A stretch of DNA of 64,000 nt from Octopus vulgaris (GCA_951406725.2 OX597815.1:72478001-72542000), one strand, 5' to 3'. Shown: positions 26,741-41,579, counted from the stretch's first letter. Translations and numbers: made by a program. Notes: a model not told the origin generated them from the letters alone.

Positions 26741-29126
26741 AGTTTTCTTCGAATTAGCCGATCCGTTTAGCAAAAGTTGTTCAGTTTCGGCTAACTCGTT
26801 GCACAGTCCACATATTCGTAATTTCTACAGTCAAATTGCACAAATACGTGGGTACCTGATTGCTGGGTGATGGAAAGTATCTGTTCTGGCATGAAATATG
26901 TCAGGGACCAGATTAACGAAGTATTTAAGTGGAATTGATCTGAGCCAACATCAACAGGAGACGGAGGGTCTCGCTAAAGAGAAAAATTAGAGCAATATAT
27001 GTTCGATTTATAAAGAAATAGTAATGGAAAACGGTAGAATAAAAGAGGAACATGTAAATCGATTAGAAGAGTGGCATAGAAGAGACTTGGTAAACGACAT
27101 GCCAGTGGCGAGAATGGGCCTGGACTTTTCCTTCAACACGAACACGAAAGATATGTTGTGCAGGCTAGGACACGCCTACTGAAGCCCGAATGTACGAAAA
27201 CCATCCGATGTGCCCAAATGGTAGAGACGCAGCGTGACCACAAAGCCATAATATTATGCTTAACGGAACCCAGTGAGCGCTTGCTATCCGATCCTGAGAA
27301 ATTGTGTCGTTTTCAAGCAATGTATTGCTGAACATTTTGCAAAAGATGATGGATCTGAGTCGGTGCACTTAACGCCTACCTTGGCCTGTCACGACTCTTG
27401 ATCAGGAACATCGAGGGATGCGAAAGGTCGATTTTAGCCGACAAAGTGGTAGACGGTTGAGGCGCTGTGCAATGTACAAATCGCTTCTGAGAAAGGATCC
27501 AAACATGAGTAACATGTATAAAGTATACAACTTCAGGTACTCAATTCTGCTTAACGCAAGAGTTGAATATTTTGGCAAAAGTGTTGACCATGAGATTGGT
27601 GTAGCTAGAACGGCGTAAACTTGCGCAATATCCGACAGATCTACCTCTTTTACATGCAATTTATCATTGATCGGCTTGGAAAGGGATATGCTTTCGATGG
27701 AGCACTGATCAGCCTGTGCTCATAAACAGCCTGTGCTCATAAGAGCGCTCGGTTTCGATATGTTGGTGTCCCTAAGAACTAAGAGTTTCGTTCTACCTTC
27801 AGTGGTTGAACCATTAAATAGTCCCGTTACAATATACAGTTGTATTGATTTGGCGATCAAATTCAACGTCCATCGCTTTGCATTGCATGTTCAATCCTTT
27901 AAAAATGCTCGCTCCCCTCTCTCTGTGCGTTCTGACACTGGAACCATTGTTGCGGAAACTGAAGACATTAAGAGGCACCGCGCTCGATCTGGAACACATA
28001 CAAGAGAGCTATTTCTGAAAATGTGGGTGACGTCACCATTATGATATAGATTACTTCGAAAATCGAAGTAAATTAATATCAGATCAAAGAGACTTACATC
28101 AACCTAAATAATATTAGTGCGTTTCTAACTCGTCATCTTGAAGGGAACATCCATATCCGTTAGTTGCAGTTTCTGATGCTTTAAGTATTTCTAGTTGAGT
28201 TCGAACCGGACCTCCAGGTGCATAAACATTGAGAAAAGATTATCAACAGAATGACAAATCACATTAGAAATGGACTGAGAGTAAGCTGTTCTTGAAGGGT
28301 CAGGTAGAAGCGGCTACCACATACATTGACCTCGGTGGTGTACAAGTCGGGCTGTCGTGCCTTATCCTAAGAAACATAACCAGACTGAAGTACCTACTCT
28401 TTCCTTTCTCTTGGAATAGACAGATTTGCTGGTTTAGCGTTCCACTTGTCAATATTTACTCCGAGATAGCCTTTGTAGGCTACTGCTGACAATGCAAACC
28501 ACGCGCAAAGATTCCTGAAGCGCTCCAGTGATGACAATATTGATAAATATGTTGCCTTTCATGCGACATAGTTTCCATTATTCGTTGACTTGACCGAGCT
28601 GTACTTCAGGGTCAAGTGCAGACCGCGGTCGAGTTTTTGTCAACTGAAATGTTATCAGGCGCTGATAGTACTTAACCAGCTGGATAAAATGGTAAGTAGA
28701 AAGCCAAAGTTCGTATAATGTAGAGGGTCAATGTGGGTTTATAAGCGATTCTGGGCTGCCTTTTCTAGAGAGCTTTCACATCTAGAATTATGGACAATTT
28801 TCAAAAGTTCTTGGGTTAAAGATCGTTCCACCACTTTCTATTAACGAGGAAGAGGTGTTAGTTTTCTTTTATCAGGTGGCTGTGGTATAGGAAGTTGTGT
28901 GGTGGGATCCAGTCAAAAGGTTTTAGAACAATATTTTTCCTTTTCTGGCCCAGTAATCAACTTCCCACACGAGTGCATGGTGTCTCCTCTACCTGTAGGG
29001 GAACCTTTTTCGACATATATCTATCGCTTCTTTTAATTTTATCCTCATTATTCGATGTATTGTATTTCGTCTTTGTAACGTTTTCAATGATTTTGATTCC
29101 TTGAGATCAATAAAATCATCATCACC

Positions 29127-29164
<38 letters not shown>

Positions 29165-29722
29165 ATTGTTAGCACACTGGACTGAGTTCAAATGCCGTCG
29201 AGGTCGACTTTGCCTTTCGTCCTATCGCGATCGATGAAATGAGTATCTGTTGTATACAGGAGTCGAAGTAACATACTGGCCCACTCCCTCAAAAGTTCAG
29301 GTTGTGCCAATTGCAGAAAGGATTGTTATTATTATCATCATCAAGATGGTAGGATGGCAGAATCGTCAGCACATCTCAAAAAATACTTAGTGTAATTTTA
29401 ACTACTAGTGTAATTTTAATTACTATTTTTGTTGTCGATAGTGGTTGTTTTTTGAGTTGAGCATACAAATTTAATGAAAATAAATTGACGGCTTGGGGAA
29501 TATTGGTATCAAATTTTGGTCCAAGGCCAGCAATTTCGGGAAGTGGGGTAAGTCGATTACAAGGACCACAGTAAACAACTGGTACTTATTTTATCGACCC
29601 TGAAAGGATTGAAAGGTAATGTCGACTTTGGCGGAATTTGAACTCAGAACTTGAAGACGGACGAAATGCCGCTTAAGCGTTTTGCCCGGTACTGTAATGA
29701 TTCTACCAGCTCGCCGCCTTAA
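29165..29722. mobile_element. Family A SINE copies in both orientations
   Basis: Plus partial copy at 29165-29325; minus copy at 29505-29722. Confidence 0.7.
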
Positions 29723-29784
29723 GAGTTGGGGAATATTAAAATTTGAAACCTTTTAGTGTTCACCTTGATTCTCTTGGAGAGGAA

Positions 29785-29840
<56 letters not shown>

Positions 29841-29896
29841 CTTCTACTACTACTTCTACTACTACTACTACCAACACCACCACCACCACCACCACC

Positions 29897-29967
<71 letters not shown>

Positions 29968-30454
29968 CGCCGCCGTCGCTGCTGCTGTAGCAGTATTGTT
30001 AGATTGACGGGCAAAATGTTATGCGTTGTTTGTGTTCTGAGTTCGGATCACACCGTTTTCAGCTTAGCTTTTCATTCCTCCCGAGTTCGGTAAAATATAG
30101 TAAGTACCAATCAAACAATTGGATGGGGGATGTGCATCGACTCATCACCGACGTATAGCCCTTCACCTAAAATTCCAAACCTTTGAGTTAATAGAAATTA
30201 TTTTTCGAGAAGTTTCTCTATCTTTTTTTTTAATTATATATATATATATATATATCCTAATTGCTCATTAACATCTTATTGTTAACCAATTATTAATTAA
30301 CATCTAATTGTTTACCAATTGTTTACCGATTGTACCCCTCGTGTTTCTTAATGTTTTATTACACAGTTCTTTGTTCACACCTTGCTAGTGTTCATTGTGT
30401 TTATGTTTACTAATTTTTATTTCCTTGTTAGTATTGTTAACTAATTCCCCTCCG

Positions 30455-30502
<48 letters not shown>

Positions 30503-31014
30503 CGCTATTATTATTATTATTGTTGTTGTTATTGTTGTTGTTGTTGTTTTCTATTAATCCTTTGATGTTGTTCTTTATTAATGCCGCCTTTGATCTATTT
30601 CCTCATTCCTTTGATCTTTCATAGAACTTTGTTTTCGTTAAATTTAGTCCTTTAAATCCCGCCATTCTCACCCCCCCCCCCCATTCCACGACGGTTCCGT
30701 TCTATCAATGGCAATTCTTTGAAGAATTCCCCCCACCTTTTTTTTCAATATTTTCTCTTCATTTTTCTTTTCTTTCTTAATTTTTTCCCCCATTCTTTTC
30801 AAAAACTGAACAGACTGACAATAACTGTAACTGACAATGGATTCTTTACTTCCATTGATAAATTCTTGGTGGTTGTTGTTGCTATTGCTGTCGTTGTCGT
30901 CGTCATCGTTGTTCTGGTAGTGGTTCTTGTATTTGTTGTCACTGTTGTGGCTGCTGTAGTTGATGTCTGTTATTCTGGTAGTGAAAGTGGCTGTAGCTGT
31001 TACGGTTGTTTTCC

Positions 31015-31410
31015 AACTCTTTACGTTCTGAGTTCAAATACAGCCGAGGTTAACTTTTCTTTTCATCCCTCTGAGATCGATGAAAAGAAATACCAGTCGT
31101 GTACTAGAGTCGAGAGTACTGACTACTCCCCCTCCCCTCAAAAACTGCTAGCCTCCTGCTTAATTTTCAAATCACTAAAGGCGGCAAATTGACAGAACAG
31201 TTGGCGCATTGGGGCAAATACTTTGCGGTATTTCTTCCAGCTCTTTATATGTTGAGTTCAATTCACCCTGAGGCCAACTTCACCTTTCGTCCTTCGTGGG
31301 TCATCCTTTGTAGATTGATAAATTAAAGTACCCAATAATTACTCGAGTAAATAGCATCGACCAACCCCCTCCCCTCAAAACTATTGACCCTGTACCTAAA
31401 ATAGAAACCG
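31015..31410 (+). mobile_element. Two tandem diverged family A SINE copies
   Basis: CTTTACGTTCTGAGTTCAAAT..CTTTTCATCC motifs. Confidence 0.65.
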
Positions 31411-31992
31411 TTGTTGTTGCCGATGTTACAATTCGTTGGTGTTGTTGGTGTTGTTGGTGTTGTCGTCGTCGTCTGTCAATGAACCGTTGAGGGACCTTCT
31501 ACGCAGTCGCCTTATCTACTAGAAATAACAGCTTAATCTTCTCATAGCATTCGTGTATTATTATCCGTTGTTATTGTTTAACTGTCGTTGAAATTGCTTT
31601 TGTAATTCGCAATATTATTGTTCTTGTCATTTCCGTTACTATTGCTGTTGTTGCCAATCTAGTAGTAGTAGTAGTAGTAGTAGTTGTTGTTGTTGTTGTT
31701 GTTGTCGATGATGATGATATCGTTGTTGCTGCTGTTGCTATTGTTGTATTGAGTATTGAGAGTATTGATTGTTGTATTTATCGGTGTTGTTATGCCAGTG
31801 TTATTTATATGACGTCACTTCATATCTGTTGTCAGTCAACCTGTGACTCACTCGTTACAGTAAGCGATACTGTTCTTGTTGTTGTTGGTGGTGTTGTTGT
31901 GTCTAGTTCTGCAGACATATTGTGACTGATCTATATTTTTTGCTGTCGCTCATAACGCTTTCGGTTATTTGTTTCATTTTTCCTGTTGCGGC

Positions 31993-32358
31993 CTCTCTTT
32001 TACTCTGTTACTTGTTTCAGTCATCGATCCCAGGACTTATTCTTTGTAAGCTTTGTACTTATTCTATCGGTCTCTTTTGCCGAACCGCTAAGTTACGGGG
32101 ACGTAAACACACCAGCATCGGTTGTCAAGCGATGTTGGTGGGACAAATACGGACACACAAACATATACACACACACATACACACATATATATACATATAT
32201 ACGACGGGCTTCTTTCAGTTTCCGTCTACCAAATCCACTCACAAGGCTTTGGTCGGCCCGAGTCTATAGTAGAAGACACTTGCCCAAGGTGCCACACAGT
32301 GGGACTAAACCCGGAATCATGTGGTTCGTTAGCAAGCTACTTACCACACAACCACTCG
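31993..32358 (-). mobile_element. Family B SINE
   Basis: Matches 15445-15903. Confidence 0.8.
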
Positions 32359-32796
32359 TACCCCTCTGTATAGTTTTTTTTAAGTTATTTTATTTTTCTT
32401 TATTACTAATGTTGCTGTCGACCTCCAGGTCAATCACGACCGAGCGTACGTTTGGTAAAAAAGCTTTCAAGACATGACCATCCCATTTGCATTTCAGAGT
32501 GACCTAAGACTACATTACCCAATGGGCACTTCTTTTCTTTTTTTAAGATGCTAAGAGGTGGCTTCAGGTCAGTTCGGCTTCTATTTTTAGTTGATCGAAT
32601 GACTTTATACCGGTTCGTCAAGGTTCCATCTCCGCATCAAAAAATTTTTTACTTCACAGGCATTAAAGCATGAAAATAGGCATGAATGTAACAGCAGCAC
32701 ATAAAACAAACAAAGCAGGCTACACAATGACATTTCTTGTAGAGCACCGAACTAGATGCTTTACTGCTTTATAGATTCACCACTTTATATTCTAAA

Positions 32797-33234
32797 CTAG
32801 CACTATAGCCCGGCATTGCTCAGGTTTGTTTTTTAGTTGTGCTTAAAACGGCAGACTTTGATGTCGCGTTAACAAAGTTTTGACATAGTTTCAATCTTTT
32901 TTGAAAATTAAAAATTTTGCATTATGTTGCTTTTTATTCTCTTTATGTGAACATTTTTCTGGTTGAAACACACCGAAAAATGGTGACACAGCAGTCAAAA
33001 AATCATAAAAAATAGGGATTTTCATAGAAAAAAAGCACCTTTTTGAAGTAAATAATTTTTGGTCTTAACATGGTCCGATTTGAATTTTTTCTTCTACTGA
33101 ATGAAGAGCGAGCCTTCTATCATACTCTCAATTTTGGTTAACTTGCGCCGCAGGGTCTCGGAGGAGATAGTGTTAATTGAAGGTTACCAAACCTGCCACT
33201 TACACACAGACAACTTCAGCTTTATATGTATAGA
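32797..33234 (-). mobile_element. Non-autonomous Helitron
   Basis: Minus strand starts TCTATACATATAAAG and ends with hairpin CCTGAGCAATGCCGGG then CTAG; inserted between A and T with no TSD. Confidence 0.8.
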
Positions 33235-34831
33235 TTTGATATCCATCCTTATCTGTCACGAGAAAAATGTCAATAAAATAGATATCAGTTATATAGCGCG
33301 ATCGATTCAGTTCACTATACATCTCGTTTCCCTATTTACAATTTAGCACCAATAAAAGAAAAGCCTTTGCATCTTCAAAGTATTTTCATAAGTTTGTCCG
33401 AAATGTTCATGATTGTTTTTAAACTGTAATTAGTCCTTGTTTCATACGTTCTGATTAATATGAAACTTTCCTGTCGTAAGTCCCAAGTTATTCTGGTGAT
33501 TATAGAAAAACTGGTAATGTGTATCACATGCGATATATAGAACAGGTAAAGGGTTAAGTTGGATGGTTTCAAAATCGAGTTCAAACCCATTCTGAGTTCA
33601 AACCCATCTGAAGTCAATATCTGTCTTTCCCGTTTCGGAGTGGAAATGGAGGTGAATAAGTTAATATATCAATCAAGTACTGAAATCGATGTAATCGATT
33701 ATAATCTCACCCTTCACCCTAGCCTCCAATCAGAGGACACGTATTTATATCATCATTGTAAATTGGCAAAATCAGTGGCGCATCGAACAGAGTGTTTTGC
33801 GGTGTTTATGTAGTTGCGTCGTTATCAGTTTCGAGATGAAATACCACCCAAGTCAGTAAACCCATTATCCTTCAGAGTTCGATCGATAAAATAGAGAACG
33901 AGCCAAGTACCGGCGTTGATATATCTAATTAAACTCCCTATAATATGTGATCGTGAAACTCTATTACAGTCTGTATTCACTCTAATTCCTGTTATAGCTT
34001 CTATTGCTTAATATACATATAATTACATCTATTCTCATTTATCGCGAGTGTTTGAGGGAAGATATTTAACCGTGATAAATGAATCAGTGGTTAATAAATT
34101 AGCAATAAATTAATCATTTCCTCATGCTTTGTGAATGAAACAAATGTTACATTCTTGATGCCTAGCTGGCGGCCCACAGCAACGAAGCTTCTACCATCAC
34201 GTACTTTTTAAAATCATCTTTACTTTTTCCGGTAGAGAATACATCCATCTGTATCGTTTGTTGGGATCAGACACCTTATTATGTTTTCTGTTCACTAGTC
34301 CGATGTTGCTGGATTCGAGTACGTAAATCCGTGTAAAAAATACACAGCTTCGCAGTACGGTCATATAAACACAAACAACAGTCAGTGCATCCTGGGTAGC
34401 AGAGTATTGTGGGTACTGGCTAGGACGCGTATTTGCATTACAAGCTGAATCTTTGACTGATCACCGCCCCATGTTAACACAGTTCAATCCGTGATAAGCA
34501 TAATATGCTAGTTGCTGTTATATTTAGCAGGAGAGCAGCATCTCTTTTACGACGAATATACGTTCATAACAAACTCGATTCATTAGTTCAAAAGAACCCG
34601 CCTGACGAGACATAACACCAGAGTGCGTTGTGAATACATTGTCATCGTGGAGGAGGTGTTCTCCTGAGACGAATCACAACAGCGATTAGTATATTCACAT
34701 TCGAATCTACCAGAACGTATTAAGAAAATATACGCAAGTCATCCTTTTGAATCTTGCTACTACCGTGCATATGTAGAATTATTATCGATCGGCAGATCTC
34801 AGAATGAGGTATCAACAGTTTGTTCGCTGTA

Positions 34832-35158
34832 TAGTCAGGTCGCTTTTCAACGTTATTCAGTCAAGTCGCTCTTCAGTACTGTTCCGTCGGGTCGCTCTTC
34901 AGTACTATTCAGTCGGGTCGCTCTTCCGTGCTATTCAGTCGGGTCGTTCTTCAGTGCCATTCAGTCGATTCAGTCTTCAGAGCTATTCAGTCGGGTCGCT
35001 CTTCAGGGCTATTCAGTCGGGTCGCTCTTCTGTGCTATTCTGTCGGGTCACTCTTCAGTGCTATTCCGTAGGGTCACTCTTCGGTGCCATTCAATCGGGT
35101 CGCTCTTCAGTACTATTCCGTCGGGTTGCTCTTCAGTGCTATTCGGTCAGGTCGCTAT
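34832..35158. repeat. 26-bp minisatellite, about 12 copies (CAGTCGGGTCGCTCTTCAGTGCTATT)
   Basis: Direct reading; the ORF translation repeats every 26 aa (3 x 26 nt). Confidence 0.92.
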
Positions 35159-35439
35159 TGGTACCATATCATCCACTACAGCCAGTTACATGGTCGAGTC
35201 GCCGGCGACTAAACTGGCTACCTCACCGAGCTTGCTTGGTGAGAAGGGGGTTGTTGGACACCCTGCGGGACGACAATTAAGGGCGGAGGTACTCATGAGT
35301 AGTCAACGGCCATCCAACAATGTGCACGCGTGTGCATTATTCTTGTTATTGTTTGCGTATGTGTGTTTTATGTGTGTGTGCGCGTGCGTGTGTGTATGTG
35401 TGTTTAACTCTTTTTTTTAATATTTATATATCTAAATAA

Positions 35440-35540
35440 GCACCCCTCCGTGGTGAGGTGGCTTGCGTACTCCTTGTGACCCGAAGAGCCCTGCTAGCAG
35501 GAGTAAGCCTCCTGGCAGGTACAACCAAGCCAGACAGGCG
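35440..35540 (+). mobile_element. RTE-clade LINE 5' leader remnant
   Basis: GTGGTGAGGTGGCTTGCGTACTCC..TGACCCGAAGAGC..CTCCTGGCAGG..CCAAGCCAGACAGG resembles the 5' UTR layout recalled for RTE/Expander elements. Confidence 0.5.
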
Positions 35541-35918
35541 AGATTTTCCTCGTTTTTCTTTCCTTCTTTAAACGCTTATATTTATTGTTGTTGTTGTTGC
35601 CGCTGTTGTTATGTTAGCTTTTGTTGTTGTTAGTTGATGTTGGACTGTTATATTGTTTGTTGTTTGTTATTTGTTACTTTCGTTTTAGGCTCCTTTGATT
35701 TTGTTTTGCTCTTCTTCATGTTCTTGATTCCATTGATGACGACGACGACGATGATGATGGCGGCGGCGGCGGCGGCGGTGGTGGTGGTAGAGGAGTTTTG
35801 TATTTTAAGTATTTGATATGTCATCTGTCTCTCTTCATTAAATCATTTCCGTGTGTGTATGAACGTGTATACGCTAATATATTTGCTTTGTTACTGAGTG
35901 AATGTGAGATGTACATAG

Positions 35919-37265
<1,347 letters not shown>

Positions 37266-37309
37266 TATATATATATATACAAATCGGATGTACATGAAGT
37301 ACGATCATG

Positions 37310-37723
37310 GGATCTTTTCGGTTTGAACGGCAGTTTCTTAAAATAATTTCCACGTAACTAAACACTTTTAAACTTCGTATACTGGTAAAATGTGTTTATA
37401 AAACATCTTTTTCTCTTGGCTTTATTGAGAAAATTCTATTGTTTGTAAGATATTTGTTGTGTTTTTCTTCAATTTCTTTAATTTCAACCAATCAATGACG
37501 TCTATTGAGGTGAAAAAATTCTGTGCCGTATGAATATGTCCCCCGTTTAAGAAACAGATTGGGTTTATTTACATTTCTGAAGAAAAACGATACCCCCCAA
37601 CCCTCACTAACCCTAACCCTAAAACAGATTGAAATGCAATAGATCGATACTAGGGTCATAATTATGGGTGACAATTTCATATGACACCGCTAGAAAAAAC
37701 TGCCGTTCAAACCGAAAAGATCC
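37310..37723. mobile_element. MITE with TIRs of about 27 bp and internal (TAACCC) repeats
   Basis: GGATCTTTTCGGTTTGAACGGCAGTTT ... AAACTGCCGTTCAAACCGAAAAGATCC. Confidence 0.82.
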
Positions 37724-37732
37724 AGTTCATAT

Positions 37733-37909
37733 CTAGAAATAGCAGCCGGTAGGTTATTGGTGCTATGTAGAGTTTCACTGAATGTTTACAGGCAGAGATA
37801 TTTGCGGCCGGTGAATATAGGAAAATAATTTCTTACTCCTACGGAGACTGTTAGATGAATGAAGGATAACTCAACACAGCGTCGATAACTTACCGGCTGC
37901 TATTTCTAG
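37733..37909. mobile_element. Small foldback/MITE with arms of about 45 bp
   Basis: CTAGAAATAGCAGCCGGTA.. / ..TACCGGCTGCTATTTCTAG. Confidence 0.65.
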
Positions 37910-38651
37910 CAATAATCATACTTCGTGTGCATCCACTTTATATATTTATAATTCTACCTTTTACGGTGCTTTATTCTTGCTGATAATAATATTATTTTTA
38001 ATATTATTTATACTTCTTGTATGAATCGGGCGGTTTTTAAGCTAGCTCCTGTGGAGAGCCCTTCATAAGGCCTTTGGCCTAACAATAACACTTCGTGCAT
38101 TGAGTACATATTAAATTTTATTAAACTTCAACAATATTTTTCAAGCAATGAACAATTTTCATCAAAACAATGATATAATTTGTCAACTTAGAACTTATTG
38201 CAAATCTGAATGTTAAACAAAAGCACCACCACCATTGCCACCACATCTGCCATACACACAGCATTCAGGCGGCGGCGGCGGCGGCGGTGGTGGTGGTGGT
38301 GGTGGTTTCGGTAGCCGAGGCGGTCAGGGATGACGGTGAGAGTAAGCGATGTGAAAGACAATGGTGATGGTGGTGGAGAGGAAGGTGGCGAAGTCAAAGG
38401 TATTGATGGTGATGGCATCAGAAGTCTGAATGTTGTGTATGTATGGCAGGTTTGGTGGCGATGGTGGTGGTACTCTTTCTCTCTGTCTTATTATTACTCC
38501 CACTGCCACCATCAACACTACTACTTTTAATAAAACATCATCATCAGTGGAAGTGTCACCGAATAGTGAGAAAGGGGGTCAAAGTGTGATACACTGACAC
38601 ACTGAAATGGCTTTTCACATTTATTACATCATATTACACACACACACACAC

Positions 38652-38732
<81 letters not shown>

Positions 38733-38951
38733 GTAGTAGCAAATGAAGGAAAAAATTCCTTCAATGGTGTGTAAAACATCCAATTCACTAGTATGTCAGT
38801 TGAATACCACAGAAATAGGGGTATGAATACAAAATACGAACGATAAATTAAATAGAGAAATACAATAATAGGAATAAACTGTTAGGTTGTCAATTGTATT
38901 TCGCTATTCAATTTATTGTTTATATATGTATGTATATATATACATATATAT

Positions 38952-39007
<56 letters not shown>

Positions 39008-39016
39008 ATATATATA

Positions 39017-39088
<72 letters not shown>

Positions 39089-39406
39089 GAATTGGAGATA
39101 AAGCCGCTATTATGCAACTCAAACAGTGATAGACATAAACCAATACTTATTATATTATATTTATCATTCTTTTTATACTTTTTGAAAAAGAAAAAAAAAA
39201 TATATATATATAAATTATATATATATATTATATATTATATTAATTATATTTATATTATTTGTTATTTATGTATTGGTTTATGTCTATCACTGTTTGAGTT
39301 GCATAATAGTGGTTTTTATCTCTAATTCATATTTTATGTAGTTATACTGTGAAATTTGATTTAATACTAAATCGAATTTTTCCCTCTAAGTTTGGACGTA
39401 TCCTCC

Positions 39407-39473
<67 letters not shown>

Positions 39474-39529
39474 CTTAGAATAACTTAGAAAGGTTTTGGC
39501 CATGTCTAACTTAATAGCACCACCTGGCA

Positions 39530-39566
<37 letters not shown>

Positions 39567-39604
39567 TATGGCAGTATATATATATATATACATACATACA
39601 TACA

Positions 39605-39635
<31 letters not shown>

Positions 39636-40057
39636 GTATGTATGTATGTTTGTATGTAGGTATATACATACATATAGATATATATACATAAGTATATGTA
39701 ATGTGTGTGTGTGTGTGTGTGTTCGCAAGTTTCCTGTTTATGGAAGAATGTGTGCTAGTGTGTGTGTGTGTATGAATGTATTCTTTTTTATAGTGCATTC
39801 CACGTGTGTATGAGTCTGCGCGTACGTGTAGTTGTAGTAGTGGTGGTGATGTATATGTGGATGTTTGTCATAGTCGATGTCGATCTATCATGAATATTAA
39901 CTTAGATATCTGTGTATTGATTGTATAGTGTATGCATGACAATAATTGCTTTGCGATGTGTATAATTATACGGTCGCGCACACACGCACGCACGCACAAA
40001 TAAACAAGCACGCACACATGGACGCGCGCGCACACACATATATATTTGTATATAATG

Positions 40058-40413
40058 TGGCACTCCGTCGGTTACGACGACGAGGGTTCCAGTTGATCCG
40101 ATCAACGGAGCAGCCTGCACGTGAAATTAACGTGCAAGTGGCTGAGCACTCCACAGACACGTATAGTTCTCGGGGAGATTCAGCGTGACACAGAGTCTGA
40201 TAAGGCTGGCTCTTTGAAATACAAGTACAACAGAAACAGGTAGAAAGAGTGAGAGAGAGTTGTGGTGAAATAGTACAGCAGGGTTCTCCTACATTCCATG
40301 CTCGTGGGGTGTTTTCGCTCAATAAACACTCACAACACTCGGTGTGAGAATCGAAACTGCGATCGTACAACCGCGTGTCTGCTGCCCTAACTAATGGGCC
40401 ATTGCGCCTCCAC
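40058..40413 (-). mobile_element. tRNA-derived SINE, family C
   Basis: Reverse complement head GTGGAGGCGCAATGGCCCATTAGTTAGGGCAGC..GTTTCGATTC. Confidence 0.7.
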
Positions 40414-40514
40414 AAATATATAATTTTATGTAATTTTGGTAAATATATCTGTTAAAATGAGATGTGAGTGTTATCATCATTTGTGCGTGATTTAAACGAC
40501 AGTTTATTCACCGT

Positions 40515-40604
<90 letters not shown>

Positions 40605-40721
40605 CTCATATAAAATTAAGCTCATATAAAATTATAAAATTATAAAAAGCAAAAAGCAACCGAAGTCACTGAAAGAATACTAACCAGTGCTAGACTTTAC
40701 CCACTAACTACTGAGCCAAAA

Positions 40722-41150
40722 GTGACAAAATGTGGACGTTCCAACTGTGGAACATGCCCGCACCTTCTGGAGGGTTCAGAATTCCAATTCAAACAAGGAG
40801 AAATATTTAAGATCAAATCAAATTTCACCTGCGCCTCGATAAAAGTAATCTATGTCATGACATGCATAGGATGCGGTAAACTCTATATTGGACAAACAGG
40901 AATTTCGCTCCGTCAAAGAATCACCATTCACAAAGAGCAAATCCGCCACCCACAATACAGACAGTTAAAGGTGAGTGAACACATAGAAAGATGTGCCAGG
41001 AATCTTAATCCCAATTTCCAAATATTTCCCTTTTACCAATGCTCACAGAACACCACAATGCAACAAAGGTTGAATAAAGAGTCATTTTTCATCAACAAAT
41101 TTCTCCCCCAACTAAACGTGAACACTCAACTCAATACAGAACACCACTAA
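40722..41150 (+). CDS. GIY-YIG endonuclease domain of a Penelope-like (Neptune-type) element, partial
   Basis: CGRSNCGTC..FTCASIKVIYVMTCIGCGKLYIGQTG..LRQRITIHK..VSEH..RLNKESFFI..LN. Confidence 0.85.
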   Translation: MTKCGRSNCGTCPHLLEGSEFQFKQGEIFKIKSNFTCASIKVIYVMTCIGCGKLYIGQTGISLRQRITIHKEQIRHPQYRQLKVSEHIERCARNLNPNFQIFPFYQCSQNTTMQQRLNKESFFINKFLPQLNVNTQLNTEHH

Positions 41151-41324
41151 CTCTTCAATTTAAACCACTAAACCCTATACACTTTCTACATCACTCACAT
41201 TTCTAATTCCTAAACTACTTACCTCCCTTATACATATAATCCAGAACTACTTAACCTCCCTTACAAATAATCTCTTTTCTCAGGAACTATTAGACCTGAC
41301 ACCTTTTACTAACCGGTGTTGTTC

Positions 41325-41365
41325 AAACGATGAATAGCTAACGCGAAAACCAATTGGTTCCGTTT
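41325..41365 (+). ncRNA. Putative minimal type-I hammerhead ribozyme, A3-U8 core variant
   Basis: Stem I AAACG/CGTTT; core ATGAATA; stem II GC-TAAC-GC; GAAA; palindromic stem III AACCAATTGGTT; cleavage triplet UUC. Confidence 0.55.
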
Positions 41366-41579
41366 CAGTCTCTTACCTTATTATTATTATTATTAACTTC
41401 TTATAATCATCAGTAATAATGACCTTTTTGACTAGTAACACTCTAAATGACTATATTTGTCACTACCTGTCATAAATAGCCTTTTTATATCTACAATATG
41501 CATTTTCGTTGATTTTTTATATTTTAACCTTACATTTCCACGTGTATTTTATATTATATTTTTTTTCAAAACATATTTC

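Noticed and set aside
31922-32477. Recurrent ORFs such as QIHSQGFGRP..VEDTCPRC
   Set aside because: Read-through of family B SINE copies, not a gene family.
34832-35158. Regular 26-bp repeats as a CRISPR array
   Set aside because: Units are contiguous with no unique spacers, there are no cas genes, and the context is eukaryotic.
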